From a virus: a stretch of DNA of 64,000 nt. The translations under genes and the position numbers were made by a program. The notes beneath the pieces are model-generated. The model was given only the letters and a program-made list of their open reading frames with translations. It was not told the origin of the DNA and ran no database searches. Below, piece after piece: positions 38,047-51,351 of the stretch (positions are counted from its first letter, which is position 1; every line of letters begins with the position of its first letter). The stretch is from IMG/VR virus record IMGVR_UViG_3300031754_000002, positions 32,001 through 96,000 of that record; one strand, 5' to 3'.

Positions 38047-38561
38047 AGCAAAGCCTCTCGGACAGATCGCCGGCGATACTGATTGCCGTCACCGCCACCC
38101 GCGAATCGGGAGTTGAAGCCAGCCGCCTCAATCCCCGCGTTCCAGGTGCCAAACTCCGCCACGACAGTGGTCGCGTAGGGCCATCGGTCATCGTTTTCCC
38201 AGCGGATAGCCCGCTCATCGTCATTGTTTGCCCGAGCGCGCGCTGGAGCCCAATCGGGGAAGGCTGGCGGCTCATCATGAAGCGCAGCCCATCGACGAAT
38301 CGCATCAACCAGTGCTTCGCGAGTCCATACCTTGCGTTCCGCGCCATTGTGTCTCGCTGAACAAACCACGCAGCGAATCGGCGCGTTTGGACCACGGCCA
38401 TCGGAGCCATTCAGCGAAGCGCCACAGTCAACGCAAGGGATCGAATAGAGAGTCCGCTTCCGACAGCGGTCTGAGCACCACTTCGGAGCCCTGCCACGCC
38501 TTTGTACTCGCTCGAAAGACGCGCCGCAGCCAGCGCAACGAAACAAACGCACGCCAGTCAT
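38043..38561 (-). CDS. Zn-finger protein with homing-endonuclease-associated repeat
   Basis: CAGCG..WCSDRCR; WTREALVDAIRRW...FGTWNAGIEAAG. Confidence 0.6.
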   Translation of the reverse strand: MTGVRLFRCAGCGASFERVQRRGRAPKWCSDRCRKRTLYSIPCVDCGASLNGSDGRGPNAPIRCVVCSARHNGAERKVWTREALVDAIRRWAALHDEPPAFPDWAPARARANNDDERAIRWENDDRWPYATTVVAEFGTWNAGIEAAGFNSRFAGGGDGNQYRRRSVREALL

Positions 38562-39223
38562 CGCCCGCGCACCCCATAGGTGTTTCGGCCGAGAAGACGC
38601 CTAACAACACCCTGGCTCAAGCCCGTCGAGAAGCAGATTTGGCGCTCAGTCAAGTGTTTCCCGGCCAACTCCGAGACCCGTGCTCGCTGCTCGTCAGTGC
38701 CCTCGTCGTCCGATCCGTTTACACGCTCCTTGGCAGCAGCAACGATCGCGTTCGTCTCGACTTTCCGGCAGAACCGCGGTGTTGTCCGGAGCGCCTTAGC
38801 GACCTCATCAACCGTCCAGCCCTTCTTCAACTCGGCTACAACGCGTTTTTCAAGCTGCTCGGCGGTCTCTTCGGTGATCTCGACCATCGGGCGCTTGCGC
38901 CAATGTTCTAGATCCGCCTCAGCCGCGTCCTTCACGGCCTTCCTGCCACCGAGCCCCACTTTGCGGTTCCCCCGAGCACACAAAACACACGACTCAGGCT
39001 CCCGTGGGATATGGAACGTGTGATTCCATCGTTCCTGCCAAAACTCGTGGGGAAGCTGCTCTGAAGCACCATCCAGGCGCACTCCTGGGGGCATCTTCGA
39101 GTCTGGTGGAGCAGCACCGCCGGACGAGTTGAACTGCGATGTGGTGCCCCACGGCAGGAGATACTTCATCTCGAAGAGGATGCGCTGCATCTCGCTCGCT
39201 AGCTTCTCGGGATCGTCGGTCAT
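38558..39223 (-). CDS. Putative HTH transcriptional regulator (possible late activator)
   Basis: Two HTH-like segments (GWTVDEVAKAL; LTERQICFSTGLSQGVVRR); lies upstream of packaging genes. Confidence 0.5.
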   Translation of the reverse strand: MTDDPEKLASEMQRILFEMKYLLPWGTTSQFNSSGGAAPPDSKMPPGVRLDGASEQLPHEFWQERWNHTFHIPREPESCVLCARGNRKVGLGGRKAVKDAAEADLEHWRKRPMVEITEETAEQLEKRVVAELKKGWTVDEVAKALRTTPRFCRKVETNAIVAAAKERVNGSDDEGTDEQRARVSELAGKHLTERQICFSTGLSQGVVRRLLGRNTYGVRGR

Positions 39224-40137
39224 GCCCTCGGCTCACAGACATAGACCTTGACCGCGGCGGGATGCTCGCGCTCGCAGAACTTCCAGGCGGGGTCATCCTC
39301 ATCGGCTTCCCAATCAGCGGGCGGCCGCTTTGGTGGCTCAAATTCATCTAGCTTTGCTTTAGGATGCGCCTCGATCTGCTCACCGGTCCACGCATCTGCC
39401 CCCCAGTCTTCCCATTGCTCCTGCCGACGTACTTGCAGTCGCAGGTGGTAGACCAGTCGAACACCGAGTAGGAGCAGAGTTTGATGCCGATCCGCTGGAC
39501 CGCCTGCATCATCTGTTCGCGCTCGCTCATGCGGTTGCCTGCGTAGGTTCAACGCCAATCCGTATACGCTCCGCGCGCAAAGAGCCGTAGTGCTTGGACG
39601 CGCACTCAAAGCAGCGATCTGCATGGCGAAGCCGGTCATCATGCCCGCAACCTCCGCTGCTCGCAATGCTCAGCCGCTTCCTCCGATGTCTCCTCATGCT
39701 CAAAGGATACATCCGGCCTGCCATCGCCGTCAATCGTGATCTCCACACGGTAGTTCCCAACACGCATCCACCAGTGCCGCTCGCTCATCTGCTCGATATG
39801 CAGCCAGTGATCGACTACAAGCTCATCGAACTCAACCGGCGCAACATACTGCTCTGACGATATGGCGATAGGGTGCGGCACATCCTGCCGGTGTGCGAGG
39901 AACCGCCACTGGTAGCCGGGCTTGAACCGTCCTTTGCGCCAACGCGCACTCATCGGACGAGCCCGCGACCATAACATGCCTTGCACGTTTCAGTGCCGCC
40001 AGACGAGCTAAAGACTTTAACCTGCGTGCTGAGATAGAAGCCCTGCATAACAAGCCCACGGCCGACACAGACGGGACAGGTCTGGAGTACGCCGTGGATC
40101 AACTCGACTTCGGGCTTGCCGCTTTCCTCCTTGAAGC

Positions 40138-40428
40138 TCATGCTGCAAACCTATCCAGTTCGGCGTTCAAGTCCTCGCAGATAACCCCTGCAACCAAGCC
40201 CAGCGATGACGCATGTTCGACAAGCTGCCGTGCGATATCAACGAAGGCCCATTTGTCCCCTCGCCAAGCGACCACACGCCCATACTCATAGCCTATCGGC
40301 TGGTCGGGTTCTCTAAACTCCTCCAGTATGTCGGCTCGCTTCTCGTAGAACTCCAGACGGTCGCAGGTGATCTTACCGTCCTTGCGGGCTTTGGCGAGTG
40401 CGATACGGAGATCCACAGCTCGACTCAC
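40138..40428 (-). CDS. Hypothetical protein
   Basis: Coupled ORF in early region. Confidence 0.45.
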   Translation of the reverse strand: MSRAVDLRIALAKARKDGKITCDRLEFYEKRADILEEFREPDQPIGYEYGRVVAWRGDKWAFVDIARQLVEHASSLGLVAGVICEDLNAELDRFAA

Positions 40429-40694
40429 GGGCCGACCAGCCGCGCAATCCAGTACGACTCGATGGTATGCGCCTTCGTCGGGTTGCCGTCAAGTGCTGCT
40501 TGTGAGGCTTCGTCCTGCCAGTCCTCGATCAAGCGCACATGATCTTCGAGCGCCATCGCCATATGCGCTGGGGGTTCGACCGTAAGATCGGGACGTAGAC
40601 GGCTTGCCGCGCCACGTGTCCGGTGCAGCAGATGCCAGCTAGCGGTCGGCACGCGGCCGCTCCACGGGAGAGTTAGCGCCTGCTGCTTGCTCAA
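40425..40694 (-). CDS. Hypothetical protein
   Basis: Coupled ORF. Confidence 0.45.
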   Translation of the reverse strand: MSKQQALTLPWSGRVPTASWHLLHRTRGAASRLRPDLTVEPPAHMAMALEDHVRLIEDWQDEASQAALDGNPTKAHTIESYWIARLVGP

Positions 40695-40966
40695 GCCTCC
40701 GCCCCCACCGCGCGAGTGACCTCAGCCTCAGCCTGCACACCCTCGCCTACATGCTCCCCGTCACACAACACCCTGAGTGTGGCTGACTGGCCTCCATCCG
40801 CATGCACCGTGATACCGGGCCAAAGCGTCTCGCCCTCATCGAAGCCCAAGCGTTGCATGTCGAAGTGCGATAGGCCAATGCCGTACGCTTTGTGGGTCGG
40901 GTTCAGTTCGTCATGGCGGTAGACGGCCTCACGAAAGCGTCGCAGGTTCTTTCCGATGGCACTCAT
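40691..40966 (-). CDS. Hypothetical protein
   Basis: Coupled ORF. Confidence 0.5.
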   Translation of the reverse strand: MSAIGKNLRRFREAVYRHDELNPTHKAYGIGLSHFDMQRLGFDEGETLWPGITVHADGGQSATLRVLCDGEHVGEGVQAEAEVTRAVGAEA

Positions 40967-41526
40967 TAGAACACCGTCTAATCACGGCAGCGATGGGCAG
41001 AGTCAGGACAGTTGCCGAGCGGGTCCGAGCCTTTATCGCATATGCCGTCGCCGCCGCAGTGCGTGCAGTCGCGCTCGGGGTCCCATTCCTCCTCGTGCTC
41101 GGCAAAGTCCCCGAAGACAGCGTTGCTCACTTCGCCGCCGCCTTTTCAAGGCGCTTACGCCGCTTACGCAACGCCAACAACGTACGTTCAATCTGCCGAT
41201 GCTTCGGTGAGTGCGCGTCCACTTCGCCCAGCATATCTTCCGCTCGCGTCTCCTGTGAACGCAAACGCTCAACCTCGCGGTTGCCCGAGCGGCGTTTCGC
41301 TGAGGCTACAACATCGCCCTTGCGACGACCTGCTGTGCCGGCAATTGGTTTGGGCGTCCAGCCAGTCACGACGGCCTGTCTCCACGGGACTCTTCAAGCA
41401 GATAGTCGTGGACTTCCACCTGCCAATCCGGCGGTGCACCCGGCAGATTGCGCATCTTCTGCTCTTGATCCGGCTGACGAGCCAACGTAACGCCGGCCAC
41501 CGCCGTCTTTGGTTCATCTCGGATGA

Positions 41527-41919
41527 TCACGCCATCGCCTCAGCCAACTCGACATACTCCTCAACGGACCGTGCCAACTCCACCAACGGAGCTATCCTCG
41601 CCTGCCTACGATCCTCCAACCGATCCATGATGTTGACCTGGTCCTTCCCCAACCGACACAAACGCGACAAGCGTTCTGCTGGATTCATCTGCGGGATAGG
41701 ACACGACAAGCAATCCTGACCCCCATCCTTCAACTCGCACACAAGGCCGCGGTCGAACAGTTGACTCTCGACCCTCAAAGTCGCTTTCAACGCGGCTTCC
41801 AGCTCATGCTCATCGCCCGTCAAGTCAATCACCAAGCCAGAACTATAGACCACCGTGTCGAACGGGTCGTCTTGTGCATCCATGAAGTCCTGAAGATGCC
41901 ACACGGCGCGGACGGTCAT
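41527..41919 (-). CDS. Hypothetical protein
   Basis: ATGA overlap with upstream ORF. Confidence 0.5.
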   Translation of the reverse strand: MTVRAVWHLQDFMDAQDDPFDTVVYSSGLVIDLTGDEHELEAALKATLRVESQLFDRGLVCELKDGGQDCLSCPIPQMNPAERLSRLCRLGKDQVNIMDRLEDRRQARIAPLVELARSVEEYVELAEAMA

Positions 41920-42599
41920 TGCGCCCCCGTTTGTATCGCGTCGGGAGAAGTGGCGAGCGCAACACGGGCGAGCTTCCATGCCTCCGTTTTCAAGCGTGCC
42001 AGCGTCTCGGGTGGCGGCCCAAGATGTGGTGCGACACGCCCGTCGCTCATCTCGTCCTTTAGCTTCTTAGCGTGCACCAACGCTTCCAGTGCGTCACGTA
42101 GAACCTGCTCGCGCTGATGGCGATGCGTGATCTCCTCCTGATACATGCGTCTTTCGCGGTCCGACTGCTCGCGCAGTCGCTCGACTTCCCCATCGCTTGG
42201 CGTGTCGGGACGGTAGAACACGCGGGCCGCAAACCAGCCGTCAAAATAGTCTGGGCGAGCGCCAGAGTGATTCTCGGGCAGCTCATCGAGTCCTCGCTGC
42301 ATCGCCTCTCGCTCCTCTTCGCTCCAGCATCTTCCAGCAACGCTCGCAACAACCACCGCGTCGCCTTCTCCGGTAGATCGGTCACCGCAGCGCCTCATCC
42401 GGGATCTCTGCTCGACGCACTTCCTCCGCTCTGCGCTCAAGCTCGGCTCGGATGACTGCTCCGGCTCATACACGGCCGCGACTGCTACGCCTAGGCCCGG
42501 GAGCTGCTTGTCAAGCGCCGCCTGGACACACATTGCATGAGCATCGAGTGCCTGGCGTGATGGAGCGCCCGTCTCCACGGTGAGATAGCCAGCGCTCAT
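41916..42599 (-). CDS. Hypothetical protein
   Basis: ORF track, coupled. Confidence 0.5.
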   Translation of the reverse strand: MSAGYLTVETGAPSRQALDAHAMCVQAALDKQLPGLGVAVAAVYEPEQSSEPSLSAERRKCVEQRSRMRRCGDRSTGEGDAVVVASVAGRCWSEEEREAMQRGLDELPENHSGARPDYFDGWFAARVFYRPDTPSDGEVERLREQSDRERRMYQEEITHRHQREQVLRDALEALVHAKKLKDEMSDGRVAPHLGPPPETLARLKTEAWKLARVALATSPDAIQTGAQ

Positions 42600-42797
42600 G
42601 CCATTGCCCGATCTATAAGCTCAAGCGCCCCTACCGTCGAATGCCCCACATAGCCACAGCCGAGACAGCGATGCACGCCGACACTTTGGAAGTGACCTCG
42701 GCCATGCTCCCTACCGCAGTCGCAACGCCAGCGGCGCGGTGGATAGCCAGCGGCCAGGTCTGCTGCCTCGGACTCTTGTTCCTCGGCTCGGACCTCG

Positions 42798-43115
42798 CTA
42801 TCGACGGTCCCGGTTGGTTGTGTATGCAACGACCTCATCGTCTCCTCCGGCCAGCATGGACACCTCATATCGCGCTTCGAGGACCAGAGATTCTAGGCGT
42901 TCCCGGTCCTTAACCCCGCACCAAAGGGTATCACGAACCCGGCCTCGAAGGCAAGCATCCAGACGCAATCTTTGCGCTAGATCCGAGGATACGACGAGCG
43001 TCCAGCCCCCGGCTAGCTCGAAGCGGAAACGCCCCTCAAAGCAGTACATCGTCTCTGGGGTGTTAAGCAGCGAGCCGACGAACCGCAGCGTCTCCGCCAG
43101 CTCGCGGATGCTCAT
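42798..43115 (-). CDS. Hypothetical protein
   Basis: ORF track, start MSIRELAE. Confidence 0.5.
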   Translation of the reverse strand: MSIRELAETLRFVGSLLNTPETMYCFEGRFRFELAGGWTLVVSSDLAQRLRLDACLRGRVRDTLWCGVKDRERLESLVLEARYEVSMLAGGDDEVVAYTTNRDRR

Positions 43116-43219
43116 TGCCCGACCGGGCGCGGCGAGCGTTTGATTGCGCATACAACGTCATCTTACACATACGCATGACGGAAGTTACGCGCGCTCCGTC
43201 GCCTTGGCGTAATCGATGC

Positions 43220-43477
43220 TCAGTGACGACTCGGCATCGAGGGCTTTGACGAGTTTGTCGAAGCGCATGGGGACCGGAGCCACCAGCAGATCGCGAGCCA
43301 TGCCGGGCGCACATCGAGGCCAGCGGCGATTCGCTCCACAATGGCGATGCTCAGATTCGTGTCGTCATGCTCCGCGCGCACCAAATATGCCTTGGTCACG
43401 CCACACCGCTTAGACAATGCAGCGAGGCTAAGTTCTTTGGCCTCGCGCGCCAATAGTAGGCGTGCCCTGAGGCTCAT
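43220..43477 (-). CDS. XRE-family HTH regulator
   Basis: AREAKELSLAALSKRCGVTKAYLVRAE...IAAGLDV.PAWL. Confidence 0.75.
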   Translation of the reverse strand: MSLRARLLLAREAKELSLAALSKRCGVTKAYLVRAEHDDTNLSIAIVERIAAGLDVRPAWLAICWWLRSPCASTNSSKPSMPSRH

Positions 43478-43637
43478 CGCGCGGCCTTTTCGACGCCCAT
43501 GATTGCCACGACATCTGTGTTCCACACATCCCGCCCGTCATGGTCCTCGGCTTCGGCCTTGCGCTTAGCCTGCGCCTCCGAGCGAGCCTCGACTTCATAT
43601 GTCGCCTGGGTGCTCTCCATCACATGCACCAAGTATC

Positions 43638-44084
43638 TCATTGACTCTCCCTCCTAAGCATGAGCCTTCTCGTCTCATAGAACACGAACACATTAGCCCC
43701 CTCAAAGAAGAACCACCGCCCACACTCGCAGCGCACCATCGCCAACGCCTCACACACCACATCTCCACGACACTGGCAAGCTACTTCAGCGCACGGAAAC
43801 CCATCCCCGATGACGCTCAAGCTCCAGAAGTTTGACGGCACCTCCTTATAGCCTACGCCCCATTCGCTCGCGCTCACCGCGTAACGCAATGCGCCCATCC
43901 GACGGAGTTCCGGTCTACCCAAACGATCTAGCGCCGGAAGCGTGTCCGCATATTCGGGTCTAAGGTCCGCTGTCCTTACTAGCCGTCTTGACTCGACGCG
44001 GTTGATATACGCCAGCACGGCTTGTGGATTGTCGTGGCCTTCCAGGCGTTCGCGCCAGCCCTCGCGGTCTGGGTCGTCGGTCAT
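43638..44084 (-). CDS. Hypothetical protein with Zn-ribbon
   Basis: CQC...CECGRWF. Confidence 0.5.
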   Translation of the reverse strand: MTDDPDREGWRERLEGHDNPQAVLAYINRVESRRLVRTADLRPEYADTLPALDRLGRPELRRMGALRYAVSASEWGVGYKEVPSNFWSLSVIGDGFPCAEVACQCRGDVVCEALAMVRCECGRWFFFEGANVFVFYETRRLMLRRESQ

Positions 44085-44692
44085 GCGGGCATCTCGGCGG
44101 TTCCAAGGCTCTCGTCGCCCCACGAATCCCATCCAAGCCGCGCGGTACGCGCGAACAACTCGACACGCGGAGCTGGCGAGACGCGCTGAACAAGGTCCAT
44201 GAACGCTCCGGGCTTCTCGGAATGTTTACCGCGGGGCGCCGTTATCACGTTGGACTGGCGCAGCGTGGCGGGGATGCCCAGCCCGCCACGCGTGCCAAAC
44301 AACACGTGCTCGGTCATCCCCCGGAAGTAGAAGCCGAGCCCAGGTGCGCCCGTCTTGACCCAGGTGAGCATCGTCTTGTATTCAAACCCCCAGCTGCGCA
44401 TAATGTCAAAGGCGCTTACCGGCTCAGCTTTGTAGCCCTGGAACAGGCGTGGGTTCGTCACCCAGAGATAGAGATGCGCCTCCTCTGCTGCCATCTTGCC
44501 CACGGGAAGCTCCCGAATCGCAGCGCTCGTCATCGTGTCATAGCGGGCCTCTGCCGGTGCGCCACGCCGATCATCCTGCTCAGCCTCGGCATTGTGAGCG
44601 AGCCGGGAGCCGGTATACTTCCATGGCGGGTCGCAAACAATCGTACGGTATTTCTTTGGGCTACTCGACGGCGAAGGGGGACTCGTAGTCAT
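44081..44692 (-). CDS. MT-A70-family adenine methyltransferase
   Basis: YRTIVCDPPW; HLYLWVT; WGFEYKT..TWVK; GFYFRG.TEH; HSEKP; ELFAR. Confidence 0.9.
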   Translation of the reverse strand: MTTSPPSPSSSPKKYRTIVCDPPWKYTGSRLAHNAEAEQDDRRGAPAEARYDTMTSAAIRELPVGKMAAEEAHLYLWVTNPRLFQGYKAEPVSAFDIMRSWGFEYKTMLTWVKTGAPGLGFYFRGMTEHVLFGTRGGLGIPATLRQSNVITAPRGKHSEKPGAFMDLVQRVSPAPRVELFARTARLGWDSWGDESLGTAEMPA

Positions 44693-44884
44693 CGAGATGC
44701 CTCCCCGTGAGCGCTCGACGACTGCCCGTGTTCACGTAGGCTCGTCCACGGCTGTCGTGTGCCGACATCACACCGGGATAGAAGTCCGCTCACCCGGCTT
44801 CACCGCGCACCCAGACAGCATGGCCTTTACATGACCCCGCGCATCTATGGCAGCCAGCAATGCGAGCGATGATCCACCAGCCGC

Positions 44885-45169
44885 TCATGGCTTCTTCCTC
44901 GTCCGGTCACGAGCCGCGTTCCGGCGTCGTGCTTCCTGCTCACGCGCAAGAAAGCCCTTCGCTGTCGTGATACGTGCCCCGAGCTCCCGGTGTAGCTCCA
45001 CCGCATGCTTCACGTCCATTCTCACGAAAACCTCGCCACCACCTCCCGACGGCCACGGATACACGGACACACGCATGTCGATAAAGCCGTCCTCGTCGCC
45101 GACGCTCGTCCGTTTCGTTACTTCCTGCGTCCGCGATGTGGTGCTCGATTGCACAGCGCGGCCCTTCAT
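44885..45169 (-). CDS. Hypothetical protein
   Basis: Coupled ORF. Confidence 0.45.
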   Translation of the reverse strand: MKGRAVQSSTTSRTQEVTKRTSVGDEDGFIDMRVSVYPWPSGGGGEVFVRMDVKHAVELHRELGARITTAKGFLAREQEARRRNAARDRTRKKP

Positions 45170-45507
45170 GGGAGTACCCTAAACTCGACGCGCCACACGA
45201 GCTTGCCCAGCGGCAGGGAGCCATTGATCGCCTGGAACGCGATGGCGAACTGCTCCACGCTCGGGAAGCCCTCCTTGCGGGCCTCGGCCTTGCTCATGTC
45301 GAGCATCTGTTCCTGCGTGCAGGACACCACGCGCGCGCGTCCGATCGACGGCTTGCCGCGTCCCGGCTGCACGGCGAACTCCTTACCCTTGATGTAAATG
45401 CAGCGCTCGCACCACCATGGCGAGCGCTCATTAGCGGAGCACAGACGACGCGTGACAGTCTTTTCACCCGCGACCACCTTCGCTGCTAGCTCCGGCCGGA
45501 AGATCAC
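45166..45507 (-). CDS. ASCH/PUA-like domain protein
   Basis: GEKTVTRR...EARKEGF...VWRVEF. Confidence 0.8.
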   Translation of the reverse strand: MIFRPELAAKVVAGEKTVTRRLCSANERSPWWCERCIYIKGKEFAVQPGRGKPSIGRARVVSCTQEQMLDMSKAEARKEGFPSVEQFAIAFQAINGSLPLGKLVWRVEFRVLP

Positions 45508-46208
45508 GCCAGCCGCTCCAGCGCAAGCAGCCGGTCAAGGTCACGTTCGGCTTCCTCGCGCGTGATCTCGCGGCCTTCATACTTCCACGCGTACCATCCT
45601 GCTGCGTAGGGCTTCATCCACTCGCTGTGCTCAAAGATAAACGCGCGCTCCATCTGCACCTTCCCCTGAATGGCGAGATGACATACCTGACAAAGCGCTG
45701 CCAAGTTCCACCATCGCATATCACGCTTAGCCTCGGTTGTGTTTCCCCAGCAGCCCGTTAGATGGTGAACTGTGAGCATGCGCCAGCGAGCTTCGACCTT
45801 GACACCGCGATCCAGCCGGTAGTCTTGCGGACCTACCTCACCTTCCTCGATCTCTGTCGAATCGCCCGCTACCTCGATTCGGATTGGCGTAAAGTGAACG
45901 CACCGCGCATCACATGGACTCCACTCGCCCCTCGCGCTGATCCGCTTGTCCCCAGCCCGATAGGGATGCAGACAGCGTACGCAACGATAGTCCGCCATTG
46001 CTCGCACCACATCCTTGACACCCCGCTCGCCCTTCCCGCCGCACGCTGGACATCGTAGCTCTCGAACCTCAGTGCTCCCCTTCTCGACGGCATCCGCTGC
46101 GCCGAGTCCGTGGCAAAGATCGCAGGGGAAGCGATGCCAGACGATCGGATAGCCGTCCTTGCCGCACTCGTCAGGCTCATATAGACGAAACAGCGTTAGG
46201 TCCGTCAC
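45504..46208 (-). CDS. HNH endonuclease-like protein
   Basis: RCVRC...LTVHHL...NLAALCQVCHL. Confidence 0.65.
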   Translation of the reverse strand: MTDLTLFRLYEPDECGKDGYPIVWHRFPCDLCHGLGAADAVEKGSTEVRELRCPACGGKGERGVKDVVRAMADYRCVRCLHPYRAGDKRISARGEWSPCDARCVHFTPIRIEVAGDSTEIEEGEVGPQDYRLDRGVKVEARWRMLTVHHLTGCWGNTTEAKRDMRWWNLAALCQVCHLAIQGKVQMERAFIFEHSEWMKPYAAGWYAWKYEGREITREEAERDLDRLLALERLA

Positions 46209-46495
46209 CGCAAACTCCCCACGAACAGCGCGGCGGCGACCAAGTCACCTGCAACCCGCGCCCACCGTGGCTGCCGAGAACGCAACAAACGTGCGGCCCA
46301 CCGCTCATCGCACCCTTGCGGGAAGGGTAGCTCTCGGCCCTTGCACCAGACAGTGCCGGTGATCGATTTGCCGAGCTGACGGTACGCCTCAAAATCCGCG
46401 TTGAACGCTATCCACGCCAGATGCACGGATGTTAGACGACGCGGCGAACGCTCCAGAACATAGTCGCAGAGCGCTTCGAGCTTTGGGGGGAGCAC
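46205..46495 (-). CDS. Panacea/DUF4065-like fragment
   Basis: F.ADFEAYRQLGKSITG motif. Confidence 0.45.
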   Translation of the reverse strand: MLPPKLEALCDYVLERSPRRLTSVHLAWIAFNADFEAYRQLGKSITGTVWCKGRELPFPQGCDERWAARLLRSRQPRWARVAGDLVAAALFVGSLR

Positions 46496-46610
46496 CCGCC
46501 CATTATACGCCCCTCAGCCCATCGAGGCAAGCCTGCTAGCCCGCTGTTTGCGAAGGTTTGCGCCCGACCCGAAGCACATCGAGAAGCATCCGCCGGGCGC
46601 CACTGGAGCC

Positions 46611-46904
46611 TTACACGTCGAGCGGACGGCTAGCGCCCAACGCTTCATAGTACGCTCGATGAAGGAATGGCAGCGCGAAAGGGTCACGCCCAAGCTGCAG
46701 CATATGCCAAGCCCACAGGACTCGGCCCGAACGGCCATTGCCATCTCGGAATGGATGCAGTCGCTCATAGCGATAGTGGATATCCCACGGTGTGGCATTC
46801 AGGTTCCCGTCCACTGCTTCGTCCAGCGCAGTAAGAAGCTCCCGTAGCTCCGAGACGATCGCTCGGCCACCAAGCACCTTGGCGTCTGTCAAGCACCTTC
46901 GCAA
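46611..46904 (-). CDS. Minimal Fic-domain protein
   Basis: H..YERLHPFRDGNGRSGR canonical Fic motif. Confidence 0.75.
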   Translation of the reverse strand: MRRCLTDAKVLGGRAIVSELRELLTALDEAVDGNLNATPWDIHYRYERLHPFRDGNGRSGRVLWAWHMLQLGRDPFALPFLHRAYYEALGASRPLDV

Positions 46905-47218
46905 TTTTTATGTTGCTCTAGCTCGACCCGTCGCAGCAACCCAGCAACCAAACCCTCCAATCCAGACACGCGCTCAAGCAATCCATCCTTGGCGTAGAGC
47001 ATGAACGAGCGGCCATGCTCCCGGCTCACATGCTCGCGTACGGTCACGTCAACCATTTGGCCGACGGGCAATGAGGAGAAACAGCGCAGCTTCTCGTTGA
47101 CTCGCTCGCCGGTCTCCTTCTCCGCTTGTATATCGTAAATCGTATAGCGCCGGTCCTTGTCCTGGTATGCAGGGACGCAGGCGAGGATACGCAGGCGGGT
47201 ATCCCAAGCGTCGGCCAC
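46889..47218 (-). CDS. Hypothetical protein
   Basis: ORF track. Confidence 0.5.
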   Translation of the reverse strand: MADAWDTRLRILACVPAYQDKDRRYTIYDIQAEKETGERVNEKLRCFSSLPVGQMVDVTVREHVSREHGRSFMLYAKDGLLERVSGLEGLVAGLLRRVELEQHKNCEGA

Positions 47219-47233
47219 CGAACGCGTGAACGC

Positions 47234-47776
47234 TTAGGACTCTGCGGGCGCGGGACCAGGCGGCTTAACGAAGGTAGTCGGCTCAATGTCGAGTCCTAGC
47301 TTCAGGTCACTGGCGAGTACGGCGTCCGCACCAACATTCTCCGCTTCCATCTCCAAGCCGTTCGGCTGGACAGTACCGAACATGCGAGCACGCGCAAGAT
47401 AGTGACGCCGACGCTCGGCTTGGACTGCCTCGACTTTCGCTACTGCGTCTGCCTGCCAGTCGCCAAAATAGATGGCCTCCGGGTCATGGCGATAATCCCA
47501 GCAGCCCGAGAATCGCACGGAGCCGGGTGGTGCAAGCTCGTTTGTTACCGCCTCCGCAAGGATCGTAAATACGGCGTCTGCGTCTGCGCCGATTCCGGCC
47601 GCGCCTGCCTTCGCAAGTGCCGCGTAAATCCGTTTACGAAGCGGCGTGTCACCACCCTCATCGACGCTTGTTAGCTCCAGCGCCAAGCCGTGAGGATGGA
47701 AGAACTGGCGATTACACTCCTGCAAATAGCCTAGCTCTTTGAACTCCTTCGCGTCCATATACTTTATATCTGCCAT
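47234..47776 (-). CDS. Conserved phage hypothetical protein
   Basis: GGAGG RBS; GYLQECNRQFFHPHGLAL. Confidence 0.65.
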   Translation of the reverse strand: MADIKYMDAKEFKELGYLQECNRQFFHPHGLALELTSVDEGGDTPLRKRIYAALAKAGAAGIGADADAVFTILAEAVTNELAPPGSVRFSGCWDYRHDPEAIYFGDWQADAVAKVEAVQAERRRHYLARARMFGTVQPNGLEMEAENVGADAVLASDLKLGLDIEPTTFVKPPGPAPAES

Positions 47777-47793
47777 GTTCCCTCCATAGTGAG

Positions 47794-50621
<2,828 letters not shown>

Positions 50622-50993
50622 TCACCGCAACGTCGCTTCAACGCTCGACCAATCGCTCGGCCTCCAGACGAACACTTCGACGTGCTCATTGCCCAGTGCG
50701 ACCCGTAGCAATGCTTCCTGCCATGCTTGCTGCGCCTCGGTGAGCTTTCTGCGCCCAGTCTTCAACTCCGCAAAGATGAGTCGGTCGCCTCTCGCCATTG
50801 TCAAATCCGGGAAGCCAGCCGAATCCTTGTCCCCAATAATGAGACGGTGGCCGCTTTTCCGCACCACTTCTCGGCGACTATCGTGGAAATGGGCAACCTT
50901 CCAACCCCTGTGATGAGCGTACTCAACCACCGCCATCTGGAATTGTTTCTCTGACTGCTCTAGCTTGTGTGGGAAGGCTGGCGCACCAGTCAT
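50622..50993 (-). CDS. VRR-NUC (PD-D/ExK) nuclease, possible resolvase
   Basis: SEKQFQ...GFPDL...FAELKT...Q..W. Confidence 0.85.
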   Translation of the reverse strand: MTGAPAFPHKLEQSEKQFQMAVVEYAHHRGWKVAHFHDSRREVVRKSGHRLIIGDKDSAGFPDLTMARGDRLIFAELKTGRRKLTEAQQAWQEALLRVALGNEHVEVFVWRPSDWSSVEATLR

Positions 50994-51351
50994 GCCGGAA
51001 ACTCCGTGTGATCCTCGCCACAACCTGAGCACATTACGCCCGGTCCGGATGTACGCGCGCCAACCGGCGACGTAGAGCTGGCGTGGTGCTTCAAGTGCCG
51101 TAAGCGCCTATTACATGAGTGGACGATCCTTCGGGATGGTGAACTGGGCTGGGACGTGTAGCGCACCTTGCCGCAGAACACCCGCTCAGGGCTCTCGCGT
51201 CTCGCACGCTTGCGCTCGCGTGCCTCAGCGATACGCACTGCTTTGCGCTCCTGCTTACGCTGCTCCGAGGCAATGAGTTGGTCATGGGCTCTCGCAAGCC
51301 TTGGTGCTACCTCGGCGAACGTGGACGGACGATGCCTGGGGCACCAGCAAG

